A stretch of DNA of 64,000 nucleotides, taken from NCBI GenBank assembly GCA_963850655.1, contig CAWKMI010000002.1:71404-135403 (forward strand). The letters run 5' to 3'. Of the stretch, positions 31,428 through 41,683 are shown piece after piece. Origin of the DNA: an uncultured Gemmatimonadales bacterium (GTDB lineage Bacteria > Gemmatimonadota > Gemmatimonadetes > Gemmatimonadales > GWC2-71-9). Both the position numbers and the translations under genes were made by a program. The notes beneath the pieces are model-generated. The model was not told the origin of the DNA and did not search any database. It saw only the letters and a list, made by a program, of their open reading frames with translations. The first letter of the stretch is position 1, and each line of letters opens with the position of its first letter.

Positions 31428-32573
31428 GTGGAGCTTCCCCTCGTCAATGAACCCGAGAGCTTTCGCGACTTGCTGGCACGCGTCGCCAATGAAGCGATCA
31501 TCGCCCTCGACACCGAAGCGGCATCATTCCATCACTACCACGACCGAGTCTACCTGGTCCAGCTGAGCTCACCGACTGTCACGGCGGTGATCGACCCGCT
31601 GGCGGTCGGTGACCTGGGCCCGCTCGGTGAACTGCTCGCCAATCCGAAGGTCGAGAAGATCTTTCACGACGCGGACTATGATCTGCGGCTGCTCGACAAG
31701 CAGCACGGCTTCCGGGCACGGCGCCTGTTCGACACCAGGATCGCCGCCCAGTTCCTCAATGAACCGGGGATCGGCCTCGGGGCTCTGCTGGAGAAGTACT
31801 TCGGGGTGAAAGTCGACAAGCGCTTTCAGCGGGCAGACTGGTCGGCTCGGCCACTCTCCGCGGAAATGCTCCAGTACGCTGCCGACGACACAAGATATTT
31901 ATGTGAGTTGCGTACACTACTACTAAACCAACTCATTGAAATCGGTAGAGATAGCTGGGTCGCCGAGGAGTTTGCGTTGCTGGAGAGCACTCGGTGGACC
32001 GCCGGGGACCTCGACCAGCAGACCAGCTATCTGGCGCTCAAGGGCACCAAAAGGCTTGAACGCCGAGCCTTGGCGGTGCTGCGCGAGCTCTACTTCTGGC
32101 GCGAGACGACCGCTGGTGAGCTCGATCGCGCCTCGTTTCGGGTGATGGGGAACGAGACACTCTTCCTGCTCGCCGCCAACCCGGTGGCCGACGCGGCTGC
32201 GCTGGCAAAGGTGAGGGGGGTTGGCCGGGAAGTGGTGTCGCGGTGGGGCAGGGAGGTGCTCGCGGCGATCGCCCGAGGTCTGGCGGTCCCCGACGCAGAC
32301 CTGCCCAGGATTGCGCGGCCACCCCGCCGGACCATCGACCTGGAGCACCTGGCACGAGTGGAACGCCTCAAGGGGGCGCGGAACGCCGCTGCTGCTCGGC
32401 TGAAACTCGCTCCGGGGGTGCTCTGCCCCAATGGCACCCTGGAGGCGATTGCCAGGGCTGGACCGCACTCAGCCGAGGACCTTGCCGGCGTACCGGGTGT
32501 GCGCAGGTGGCAGGTTGGAGCCCTCGGAACCGAGTTGCTGGCAGCGCGCAGCGATCCGTCGCGGACGACCTGA
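31428..32573 (+). CDS. rnd: ribonuclease D (3'-5' exonuclease plus HRDC domain)
   Basis: DEDD motifs ALDTEAASF, FHDADYDLRLL and YAADDTRYL. C-terminal HRDC-like region. GTG start. Confidence 0.85.
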   Translation: MELPLVNEPESFRDLLARVANEAIIALDTEAASFHHYHDRVYLVQLSSPTVTAVIDPLAVGDLGPLGELLANPKVEKIFHDADYDLRLLDKQHGFRARRLFDTRIAAQFLNEPGIGLGALLEKYFGVKVDKRFQRADWSARPLSAEMLQYAADDTRYLCELRTLLLNQLIEIGRDSWVAEEFALLESTRWTAGDLDQQTSYLALKGTKRLERRALAVLRELYFWRETTAGELDRASFRVMGNETLFLLAANPVADAAALAKVRGVGREVVSRWGREVLAAIARGLAVPDADLPRIARPPRRTIDLEHLARVERLKGARNAAAARLKLAPGVLCPNGTLEAIARAGPHSAEDLAGVPGVRRWQVGALGTELLAARSDPSRTT

Positions 32574-32651
32574 ACTGGCCGGGGATTATACCTGAATGGG
32601 GACTAACTCTCTATCATTCCCTTCGGGTCGCGAGACCAGGGGAGGGAAGTT

Positions 32652-32952
32652 GTGATTTCCGCAGAACTGGCGCGCAAGGCGCTCCGGGCAGTGAAGGACC
32701 CCGAGCTGGGGTTGAACATCATCGACATCGGGTTGATCTACGACCTCGATATCGATGAGGCCGGCGTCGTCCATGTCACCATGACCCTTACTTCACCGGG
32801 ATGTCCGGTCGAGTGCGGAGATCATGGACGACGTGCGCCAGACCTTGGCCGAGCTCGAGGGAGTCACGTCGGTTGACCTTGAGCTGGTGTGGGAGCCCTA
32901 CTGGACCCCCGACAAGATGGATCCGCGGGTGCGGGCCTTCCTCGGACACTAG
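32652..32952 (+). pseudogene. DUF59/MIP18-family Fe-S assembly protein (SufT-like), one apparent frameshift
   Basis: Frame 1 gives MISAELARKALRAVKDPELGLNIIDIGLIYDL...MTLTSPGCPV. The conserved C-terminus SAEIMDDVRQTLAELEGVTSVDLELVWEPYWTPDKMDPRVRAFLGH* continues in the +1 frame. Junction near 32808-32815. Confidence 0.7.
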
Positions 32953-34101
32953 CTCAGTAGCAGGCACCCACCCGCCGCGCGGGCCGCGTCGGCCAGCGAC
33001 CTTGGCACGCACCAGCTTCAGTTGGGCAAACGACTGGCTGGGTCGGCGCGGGGCATAGCTTCGGTTGGTGAGAAACACCACAAACAGATCCTGTGATCGG
33101 TCGAGCCAGAGCTCCGTACCGGTCCAGCCAGTGTGTCCCATCGTTGTCGCGGTGGCACAGCGACCGAACACCGAGAGGTTGGTGTCGCTGTTCTCCGGCG
33201 TGTCCCAACCCAGGGCACGTGAACCGCTGGTCGGACTGCGCTCGAAGAAGCGCAGCATGGTTCCGGGGGCGAGCCACCGCGCCGAGGTACTGGTTGAATT
33301 GCGCAACCATCCCTGAGCGAAGTGCGCCAGGTCGATGCCGGTGGAGAAGAGCCCGGCGTGACCGGCAACGCCACCAAGCACCTTGGCATTCTGGTCGTTG
33401 ACGACACCCGCCACCGGCTGGCCCCGGAACGTTCCGGTCGGGACAGTGCGCGTCCGGTCGCTAACGGCAGGGCGGTACGTCGTCGCTCGCATGCCGAGCG
33501 GCTGGAACACGGCCGAGTCGGCAAAGACGTCGAGGCGCCTTCCGGAGACCTTCTCGACGATCAGGCCGGCGAGCATGGCATTGAGGTCGCTGTAGTGCGC
33601 GCTCAGCCCGGGTTGCCGTTCGAGCGGCACCGAGAAGAGCTGGCGGATGGCGCCGGAAGCGGTGGACGCCTCTCGCCAGAGCTGGGCATAGGCTGGCATC
33701 CCGCTGGTGTGGTCGAACAGCATTCGCACCGTCACCCGGTCCTTCCCAGCCCCGTGGAATTCGGGAAGGTACGATGAGACCGGCGCCTCGAGGTCCAGGC
33801 GTCCTTCATCAACCAGCACCGCCACCGCCGTGGTCGTCCCCACGACCTTGGTGATGGAGGCAAGGTCCCACAGCGAGGTCGCCGGGTCTGGCGCCTTTGA
33901 ACGGGGGTTCCAGGTGAACCGCCCGTATCCCTTGGAATAGAGAATCGTGTTGGCGCGCCCGATGACAACCACGGCTCCCGGATAGATCCCCGAGGCAATC
34001 CCTTGCTGCACGGCAGCGTCGACGGCGGCGAATGACTGTCCCGTGAGTTTCGGGGCCAGCAGCGCGGCGAAGAGGGCCAGAATGACAGGACGTCGCATCA
34101 T
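32788..34101 (-). CDS. serine hydrolase, beta-lactamase family, secreted (3' end uncertain)
   Basis: Starts MMRRPVILALFAALLAPKLTG. SxxK motif ASITKVVGT. The last ~60 codons of the open frame run antisense through the DUF59 gene and look non-protein-like. An alternative frame from ~32990 ends ...ADAARAAGGCLLLS* at 32949. Confidence 0.75.
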   Translation of the reverse strand: MMRRPVILALFAALLAPKLTGQSFAAVDAAVQQGIASGIYPGAVVVIGRANTILYSKGYGRFTWNPRSKAPDPATSLWDLASITKVVGTTTAVAVLVDEGRLDLEAPVSSYLPEFHGAGKDRVTVRMLFDHTSGMPAYAQLWREASTASGAIRQLFSVPLERQPGLSAHYSDLNAMLAGLIVEKVSGRRLDVFADSAVFQPLGMRATTYRPAVSDRTRTVPTGTFRGQPVAGVVNDQNAKVLGGVAGHAGLFSTGIDLAHFAQGWLRNSTSTSARWLAPGTMLRFFERSPTSGSRALGWDTPENSDTNLSVFGRCATATTMGHTGWTGTELWLDRSQDLFVVFLTNRSYAPRRPSQSFAQLKLVRAKVAGRRGPRGGWVPATELVSEEGPHPRIHLVGGPVGLPHQLKVNRRDSLELGQGLAHVVHDLRTRPDIPVK

Positions 34102-34156
34102 GATACCGTGAGGCCCAGCAAGTTCGAGTCCGCCGCAGGATGTACCGGCTTGCGTC

Positions 34157-34969
34157 CTAGTCGGACCCGCGCAGTGATCCCGGAGGAAGGGCGTAGAGGA
34201 GCTGCAGGGTTGCCTGGTCGCGTCGCGAAGGGACCAAAACGGGCACACTGGGGAACATGAGATCGTCCCGTTCGGCTGAGTGAGGCAATCCGAGGGCATG
34301 ACCGAATTCGTGGGCTGCCACCCGACGACGAACCGAGACCGGGAGGATTGTCCGCCCAGTGCTGTCGTGAACAGCAAGGGTGATCTCCGCCCCGCTGACC
34401 TCTCCGTCCTGATTCCAGTTCAGGTTGGTGACACCCAGCTGACCGGCCCCGCCGAGGACCTGAACCCAACGAACCTTGATATCCGCGGAATCGGAGCCAG
34501 TTGCCTCCCGGAAGCGCAGGCCGGCACTGTTGCCGCCCCAGACCTGGATCGCGCTGCGGATATCGTCGAGAAATGCGTTGCTCCAGCCCGGCATCGTCGT
34601 GTCCGGTTCGAAGGCGATCGTCAGGGGAGCAGCCTCCCGGTCGACCCATCGCACCAGCATGGAGTCGGTCTTGGCAAGGAGGGAATCGAAGTAGACCCGC
34701 GAGCCCTCGCGTTCGATTCGCCGGCGGACGGCGAGACGCGCCATCAGGTCGAGGGTCGGCGTCCCTGCTGTCACTTGGTTGATCCCGGGAGCCGGACGGA
34801 GGGGTTGCCCCCGGGTGGCGGCCACCGGGGCAGGGGCCTTGGGGACGGCCTCAACCGGGACCGGGGAGGGCACCGTCGGTGCTCGGTGTCGGCGGGCTGC
34901 GTCGACCCCGATGAGGGTGCCGACCAGGACGACGGCGAAGAGGAGTGGGCGGCTGTCCATGGGCTTCAC
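34157..34969 (-). CDS. matrixin-like zinc metalloprotease (peptidase M10 family)
   Basis: HEFGHALGLPHS zinc-binding motif followed by a Met-turn (DLMFP). N-terminal TM/signal segment. Confidence 0.8.
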   Translation of the reverse strand: MKPMDSRPLLFAVVLVGTLIGVDAARRHRAPTVPSPVPVEAVPKAPAPVAATRGQPLRPAPGINQVTAGTPTLDLMARLAVRRRIEREGSRVYFDSLLAKTDSMLVRWVDREAAPLTIAFEPDTTMPGWSNAFLDDIRSAIQVWGGNSAGLRFREATGSDSADIKVRWVQVLGGAGQLGVTNLNWNQDGEVSGAEITLAVHDSTGRTILPVSVRRRVAAHEFGHALGLPHSAERDDLMFPSVPVLVPSRRDQATLQLLYALPPGSLRGSD

Positions 34970-35040
34970 TATCGGCTGAAGGTGGCGGAATCTGTGGCCG
35001 TGCGCTAGCGCTCGGCGAGGTCGCTCCCTACCATTGTGCC

Positions 35041-37323
35041 GTGCTGGACACCTTGGGGCGGACTATCGTCCGATGGCGATGGGGCATCATCGCGGCGTGG
35101 GCCGTCATCGGTGCCTTCGCGGCTAGTTATGCCGGGAAGACGGTCGGGCGGCTCGAAATCCGCGGTGGCGCCAACGTGATGACCGAGGCGCGCCTCGCAG
35201 ATTCGCTGTTGACCAGCCGATTCGCGGGACCGGTCTCGGAGTTCTTTGCCGTGACGTTTCAGGCACCGGACCGGGTGACGGAAGGCGTTGCCGGACAACT
35301 GCTCGACTCCCTGATCGCCGCGGCGCGAGCCCAGCCCTGGGTTCGGGGCGTCGTGTCGTATCGCAGCACCAAGGACTCGACCTTTCTCGCGCGCGACAAG
35401 CGCACCACGTTCTTCCTCGTTTCGCTCAACGTCCTGCGTGATTCCGCCGGCACGGTCGTGGTCCCGATGCGGGAGGCATTCGCCGGGGTGCTGCGCCGCT
35501 TTCCCAACCGGGAGGCGTATAGCGTCCTGGTGACAGGACGTGCGCCGCTCGACCTCGACATCCGTCAAGTCAGCGCCGAAGACGCACACCACAACGAGCG
35601 GAAACTGATCCCGATCACGCTCGTCGTGCTGGTGCTCGCCTTCGGGGCGCTGGTGGCCGCGCTGCTCCCGATCGTGGTGGGCGTCATGGCGATCACGATC
35701 GCCTTGGCGCTCGTCGGAGTGATGGCCCTGTACACCTCGATGTCGGTCTTCTCCCTCAACATCGTGTCGATGATCGGGCTGGGCGTCGGCATCGATTATT
35801 CGCTGCTGGTGGTGACTCGCTTTCGCGAGGAGCTGGGCCATGGCTTGCGTCCGGCGGATGCCGCCGTGCGGACCTTTGCCACCGCGGGCCACGCGGTGAC
35901 GACGTCGGGAATGACGGTGGTGGTGGGATTTGCCGCCCTCATCCTCACACCGCTCTCGGAGACGCGGAGTGTCGGCCTGGCAGGGCTCGCGGTCGTGGCC
36001 GTGGCCGTCCTGCTGTCGACCACCCTCCTGCCGGCACTCCTCTCGCTGCTCGGCCGCTCGATCGACCGGCCGCGCTGGCTGGCGCGCCGGCTGGCCTGGT
36101 ATCACCGGCCGAAGATCTGGGAGAAGTGGGCCCGGACGCTGTCGCGTCATCCGTACCGCGCCCTCGCCATTGCCAGCACCACGATCGGGATCCTGACCGT
36201 GCCGGTGTTCTTCCTGCACATTGGACTCCCCAGCCGCAACTGGTGGCCGACGGAGACCGAGGCCGGGGCAGGAGTGGCGACACTCGAACGGATGGGGGTC
36301 TCGGGCTACATCATGCCCGTCCGGCTGGTCATCGAGTTCCCCGAGGGCACCGAGGCCACCAGTGCCACCGGGCTCCGCGCGCTCAAGCACCTGTCCGACA
36401 CCCTGCGGGCCGATCCACGGATCGGCGACATCAAGTCACTGGTCGACCTGACCCCGGGCAAGGGAATCCTCGAATATTCGCTGCTCTACAGTGAACCCGA
36501 CTCGGTGCGGATCAAGTATCCCGATTTCCTCGACGCCTATCTCGCGCGTGACGGTCGCACCACCCTGATCGACGTGATCCTGGCGGACACCACCTCGCTG
36601 ACCACGGCGATGAAGGTGGTGCAGGACGTGCGAACGATCGTGGGCTCGGGCTCGGTCCGTCAGCTCCGGGGAGCAACCGTCCGGGTTGGTGGGTATGTGG
36701 CCACGTCAAACGACTTCCAGGAGCTCCTGCTCGCGCGTTTCCCGATGCTCGTCGCGCTGATCCTGGGCGTGACTGCGGTGATGCTTGCCCTGGTCTTCAA
36801 GTCGGTCCTGGTGCCGATCAAGGCCGTGGTGATGAACACGCTCTCCGTGGCAGCCACCTTCGGGTTGATTGTGCTGGTGTTCCAGCATGGCATCGGCGGC
36901 TTCCTGTTCGGCCTTGATGGCCCCACATCGGCGATCTACGTGATCGTTCCGGTGGTGGTCTTTGCGGTGGTGTTCGGTTTGTCGATGGACTACGAGGTGT
37001 TTCTGCTGTCGCGGATCAAGGAGGCCTATGATCGCACCGGCCAGAACACTCTCGCCACACGGGAAGGACTCTCGGCCACCGCGTCGGTGATCACCTCGGC
37101 GGCGCTGATTATGATCGCCGTGTTCGGCATGTTCGCCTTTGCGCGCACCCTGATCATGCAGTTCGTGGGATTCGGGCTGGCGATCGCGGTACTGCTCGAC
37201 GCGACCGTGATCCGGATGGTCCTGGTGCCCAGCCTGATGCAGATCGCGGGCAAATGGAACTGGTGGCCGGGGGGGCGGACGGAGAAGGTCCCGAACGCCG
37301 GGACGCCCACCCAACCCCTGTAA
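35041..37323 (+). CDS. MMPL family (RND superfamily) transporter
   Basis: About 760 aa with two 6-TM bundles and large loops, as in MMPL/SSD-type proteins. GTG start chosen at VLDTLGRTIVRWRWGIIAAW. Confidence 0.85.
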   Translation: MLDTLGRTIVRWRWGIIAAWAVIGAFAASYAGKTVGRLEIRGGANVMTEARLADSLLTSRFAGPVSEFFAVTFQAPDRVTEGVAGQLLDSLIAAARAQPWVRGVVSYRSTKDSTFLARDKRTTFFLVSLNVLRDSAGTVVVPMREAFAGVLRRFPNREAYSVLVTGRAPLDLDIRQVSAEDAHHNERKLIPITLVVLVLAFGALVAALLPIVVGVMAITIALALVGVMALYTSMSVFSLNIVSMIGLGVGIDYSLLVVTRFREELGHGLRPADAAVRTFATAGHAVTTSGMTVVVGFAALILTPLSETRSVGLAGLAVVAVAVLLSTTLLPALLSLLGRSIDRPRWLARRLAWYHRPKIWEKWARTLSRHPYRALAIASTTIGILTVPVFFLHIGLPSRNWWPTETEAGAGVATLERMGVSGYIMPVRLVIEFPEGTEATSATGLRALKHLSDTLRADPRIGDIKSLVDLTPGKGILEYSLLYSEPDSVRIKYPDFLDAYLARDGRTTLIDVILADTTSLTTAMKVVQDVRTIVGSGSVRQLRGATVRVGGYVATSNDFQELLLARFPMLVALILGVTAVMLALVFKSVLVPIKAVVMNTLSVAATFGLIVLVFQHGIGGFLFGLDGPTSAIYVIVPVVVFAVVFGLSMDYEVFLLSRIKEAYDRTGQNTLATREGLSATASVITSAALIMIAVFGMFAFARTLIMQFVGFGLAIAVLLDATVIRMVLVPSLMQIAGKWNWWPGGRTEKVPNAGTPTQPL

Positions 37324-37354
37324 TCCGGCAGGAGCGAGCCAGGCCTCGCCCCGG

Positions 37355-40206
37355 TTACGATTTCGCGTCCATCCAGTTGTCGCCAATCCCCACCGTCACC
37401 ACCAGCGGCACGCTCAGCACCGCCGCGCTTTCCATGTGTTCCTTGACCAGCTCGGCGGTTGCCTCGGCCGCGGCCGCGGGAGCCTCGACGACAAGTTCGT
37501 CGTGAACCTGCAGCAGCAGGCGCGACTGCAGTCCAGCCTCGGGCAGCGCGTGGTGAATGGTGATCATCGCGAGCTTGATCAGGTCGGCCGCGGAACCCTG
37601 CAACGGGGTGTTCTGGGCGGTCCGCTCGCCGAATGACCGAATGTTGAAGTTGCGGTCGTTGATCTCGGCGATGTAGCGCCGCCGGCCGAAGAGCGTCTCG
37701 ACATACCCCTTCTCGCGCGCGATGGCGACCTGGGCGTCGAGGAAGGCGCGCACGCCGGCAAAGCGGGTGAAGTAGTCGGCGATGAAGCGCTTGGCCTCGT
37801 CCTGCGAGATCCCCAGCTGCTTCGACAGGGCGAACGGACCCTGGCCGTAGATCGTGCCGAAGTTGATGGTCTTGGCCCGCGAGCGCATCTCGCTGGTCAC
37901 GTCGGACAGGGGCACGCCGAAGATGATCGCCGCGGTCTGCCGATGGATGTCCTCGCCACGCCGAAAAGCCTCGCTGAACGCCGGGTCGCCGGAGAGGTGC
38001 GCCATCAGGCGCAGCTCGATCTGCGAGTAGTCCGCCACCACGAACTTCCAGCCGCGCCGGGGAACGAAACCGCGCCGGATCTCCTCGCCGCGCGGTGAGC
38101 GGATCGGGATATTCTGGAGATTCGGGTCGGTGGACGAGAGTCGCCCGGTCTGCGCACCGACCTGGTTGAACGACGTGTGAATCCGCCCCGTCTCCCGGTT
38201 GACCTTGGTCGGCAGCACGTCGACGTAGGTGCTCTTGAGTTTCTGCAGTTCGCGGTACTCGAGGATCCGGCGCGGAAGCTCGTGTCCCATGTCGGCAAGC
38301 TGTTCGAGCACGTCGGCATCGGTCGACGGCCCGGTTTTGGTCTTCTTGAGGACAGGCAGTCCGAGGTCGGTGAAGAGGATCACCGCCAGCTGCCGGGGCG
38401 AATTGATATTCAGCGGCTTGTCGCCGGCGAACTGCTGGATTTCCTGCTCCAGCAGCTGCAGGTCGGCGGCGAGTTCGCGACCGAGCCGCACGAAGCATTC
38501 CCCGTCGATGGCAATCCCGGCCCACTCCATGTCCACCAGCACGGGCAGGAGCGGCAACTCGATGGTGTCGAGCACGGGCCGCAGCGCGGTGCGGTCAAGG
38601 TCGGGCGCGAAGAGCTGGTCGAGCGCGAGCACGGTGGCGCTGTCGGCGCCACAGTAGGTCGCGGCCTGTTCCACCGGCACCTCGGCGAAGGGGATCTGCG
38701 ACTTGCCCTTGCCGGTGAGGTCGGAGTACTGGGTCATCGACTGGCCGAGGAACTCGAGCGCGAGGGCGTCGATGCCGAAGGAGCGGCGCGACGGGTCAAG
38801 CACGAAGGCCGACAGCATGGTGTCGCAGGCCAGCCCGGCGACCTCGATACCAGCGCGCCGCAACACCTGCACGTCGTACTTCAGGTTGTGCCCCGCCTTG
38901 GGCACCGCGGCATCGCGCAACAATTCGGCAATGGGTGCACAGCGAGGGTCGGTGATCGGGGGGAGGTTCGTGACCTTCGCCGTCGCCGCCACGCCCGGCG
39001 GGATGTCTTCCGGGAAGAGCCCCTGCATCGGGGCGCGATGCCCGAACGGGAGATACCAGACTGCCGCCGGGCTGGCGGCGAGCGACAGGCCGATCAGCTC
39101 GGCATCGTGCGGTTCCAGTGACGACGTCTCGGTGTCGAGCGCCACGAGTGGCGCCTGCCGCAGCGTGGCGGCGAGCGCCGCCAGTTGCGATGGATCGTCT
39201 GACCACCGACACCTCGAGGGCGGGGACGGGAGGGAGCAGTGGCGGGGCCACGGCTGGGGCATCACCCGCAGGGCTCCCTGTTTCCGCCGGGGAGAAGCCG
39301 GGGAGCCTGTCGATCCGCGCCATCAGGGAGTTGAACTCGAGTTCGGCGCAGAGCCGCGCCAGCGCCTGACGGTCGGGCGGCTCCATGGCGGCCGTGGCCA
39401 GATCGAGTTCGACCGGCACATCGAGCTTGATGGTCACCAGTTGCCGGGAGAGGCGTGCCTTGTCGGCCTGGGTCTCGAGCGCCTCGCGGGCCCGCTTCTG
39501 CTTGACGTCGGGGACGTGGCTGAGGATCGACTCGAGGTCGCCGAACTCCTGCAACAGCAGCACCGCCCCTTTTGCACCGATCCCCTTGACCCCGGGCACG
39601 TTGTCCGACGAATCGCCGACCAGCGCCAGATAGTCGATCACCTGCGACGGCGGGACGCCAAGTCGATCGGCGGCGTTGCCCTCGGTTACCCAGGCCTCGT
39701 CGACACCGGCCGGCCCACCACGGCCAGGGTTGAGCAGCGTCACGCCAGGGCGGATGAGCTGGTAGAAATCCTTGTCGCCGGAAACGATGACCGCCTCGAG
39801 CCCGCGACTCGCGGCCCGAGCGGCAAGGGTCCCGATCACGTCGTCGGCTTCATAGCCATCGACTTCGACCAGGGGAATGCGGAATGCCGCGAGAAGTGAC
39901 GCGGACCCGCTCAACGGCAGTATCGAAGTCCGCCTGCAATTCGGCATCGAGCTTCTCGCGGGTCGACTTGTATTCGGCGTAGGTCTCGGTGCGGAATGAA
40001 TCACCAGCGTCGTTGACCCAGAGCAGGTACTCCGGTCGGTACTTCTCACGCAGGCGAAGGAGGAAGTTCGCCACGCCCCACGCCGCCGACGTGTTCTCGC
40101 CCTTGGCGGTGCGGAGTGGCCTTGAAATGAGGGCGAAGAACGCCCGGTAGATCAGGGCGTACCCGTCGATCAGGAAGAGCTGTGGCGGATCGTGTTCCGG
40201 CATCAA
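37355..40206 (-). pseudogene. polA: DNA polymerase I, two apparent frameshifts
   Basis: Three minus-strand ORF fragments. 39850-40206 holds the 5'-3' exonuclease N-terminus (MMPEHDPPQLFLIDGYALIYRAFFA). 38796-40049 holds LLAAFRIPLVEVDGYEADDVIG...DNVPGVKGIGAKGA. 37355-39265 holds LVALDTETSSL and the polymerase domain (RRRAKTINFGTIYG, LQVHDELV). Junctions near 39895 and 39200. Confidence 0.9.
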
Positions 40207-40213
40207 GTGACGG

Positions 40214-41584
40214 TCAGTGTGGCGTCTGGACGCGTGCCTTGACTCGCTCGAAGTCGGAGCGTGAGGCGGTGGTCAACCGGAATCGGCCGAATCCGGTCTG
40301 GTCCTGGAAGAAAAGCGCCGTCCGGTACTCGGTGTAGTTCCATTGGTAATATCGTCCGCTGTACTGCAGCGTCGGTGAGGCATCATAGATCTCGTCCGGA
40401 TCACCGAGCACGATGTAGACCTCACCCCGGTCGGTACGCCAGCCGGGACCGCCCTCATTCTGGAATCGCTGGTTCGCGATCGCCACACGAGCGAAATACA
40501 ACTCGAGCGCTTCATTGTTCGGTGTACCGGGGACCGGGTCGGTCTCGCGGTAGAACTCCTGCCACAGCATGGCGCGGTCGCTGGCCTGCGCCTTCTGGAT
40601 CCGGGACAGCTTGTTGCCGGCACCAAAGTAGCGCAGCAGCGAAATCAGGTCATCGAAGTTCGTCACCACCCAGGCCGACGAGAACGAGACCAGCGCCGAG
40701 GTCTTCCGGATCCCGGTCGTGGTGTCGCCGAGGATGACTTCGAGCTGGCCGAGGGGAACCGAGTCCGGGGCGAGGCGGACGTACTCGCTCTCCACTTCAC
40801 GGGTGCCCGAGAAGTGCACCTGGGTGCGGAAGACGACACTGTCGCGATCGTCACGGACCTGCAGCGGAATCGTCATGGGCTTCCGGTAGCCGACACCCTC
40901 GAAGTAGACGAGCAGGGTGTCGCCGCCATAGGCGACGGTCCCGCGCGGATTCATCACGATCGAGAGGGAGTCGGTCCGGGCCCCCCGGGCCCGGACCTCG
41001 TACGCGAGGATCGGGGCGGTGAAGCTGCCGGCGCCGAAGGCGGGAGCAACGGTCTTCAGGGTCGCCGTTCCGACCCGACCGTTGCCCAGGTCGCGCACCC
41101 TGACCGTCAGGGTGTAGTCGCCTGGCGCCAGGGTGACCTGCTCCTGGAGCAGGATGCTCTCGTCGCTGCGGACGGTCTCCTGGAAGGTGGCAACCCGGAT
41201 TGGCTGGTCATGGCCGACAACCCGAGGCGGCATCCCGGGCCGGTCAAACTGGTATTCCACCCGATAGCGGGCGCCAAAACCCTGACCCTCGCGCTGGAAG
41301 GCGAACTCGCGGTTGGCCAGGGAAAGCCCAATCAGCGCCCGGGTCGAGTCGCCGGCCCCGGGAACGAAGCCGACACTACCGACATAATTGACCTCCCCCG
41401 ACGAGATCAGGTGGCCCAACCGCCGATAGGTGGCGTTGGCGTCAAGTAACTGGAGCAGCTGGGTTTCGGGCGTGACGGTCGTGGAGGTGCCGACCCGCTG
41501 CCAACTGCCACACCCGGCCAGAAGCGGCAGGAAAAGGAACAGCGCCCCGCGGGCGCGACGGAAGACAGGCTGAAGTGGGTGCAT
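40214..41584 (-). CDS. GWxTD domain-containing lipoprotein
   Basis: Starts MHPLQPVFRRARGALFLFLPLLAGCGS (lipobox). C-terminal GPGWRTDRGEVYIVLGDPDE matches the GWxTD domain. Lies 7 nt upstream of polA. Confidence 0.8.
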   Translation of the reverse strand: MHPLQPVFRRARGALFLFLPLLAGCGSWQRVGTSTTVTPETQLLQLLDANATYRRLGHLISSGEVNYVGSVGFVPGAGDSTRALIGLSLANREFAFQREGQGFGARYRVEYQFDRPGMPPRVVGHDQPIRVATFQETVRSDESILLQEQVTLAPGDYTLTVRVRDLGNGRVGTATLKTVAPAFGAGSFTAPILAYEVRARGARTDSLSIVMNPRGTVAYGGDTLLVYFEGVGYRKPMTIPLQVRDDRDSVVFRTQVHFSGTREVESEYVRLAPDSVPLGQLEVILGDTTTGIRKTSALVSFSSAWVVTNFDDLISLLRYFGAGNKLSRIQKAQASDRAMLWQEFYRETDPVPGTPNNEALELYFARVAIANQRFQNEGGPGWRTDRGEVYIVLGDPDEIYDASPTLQYSGRYYQWNYTEYRTALFFQDQTGFGRFRLTTASRSDFERVKARVQTPH

Positions 41585-41683
41585 GGTCTCTAAACTATAT
41601 GACGAACGAACCGCCATTGATATGCCAGTTCCAGCCCTGGAGGGCGGCGGCGCTTGCCGCCCCACCGGGGCGCGGGATACCTT

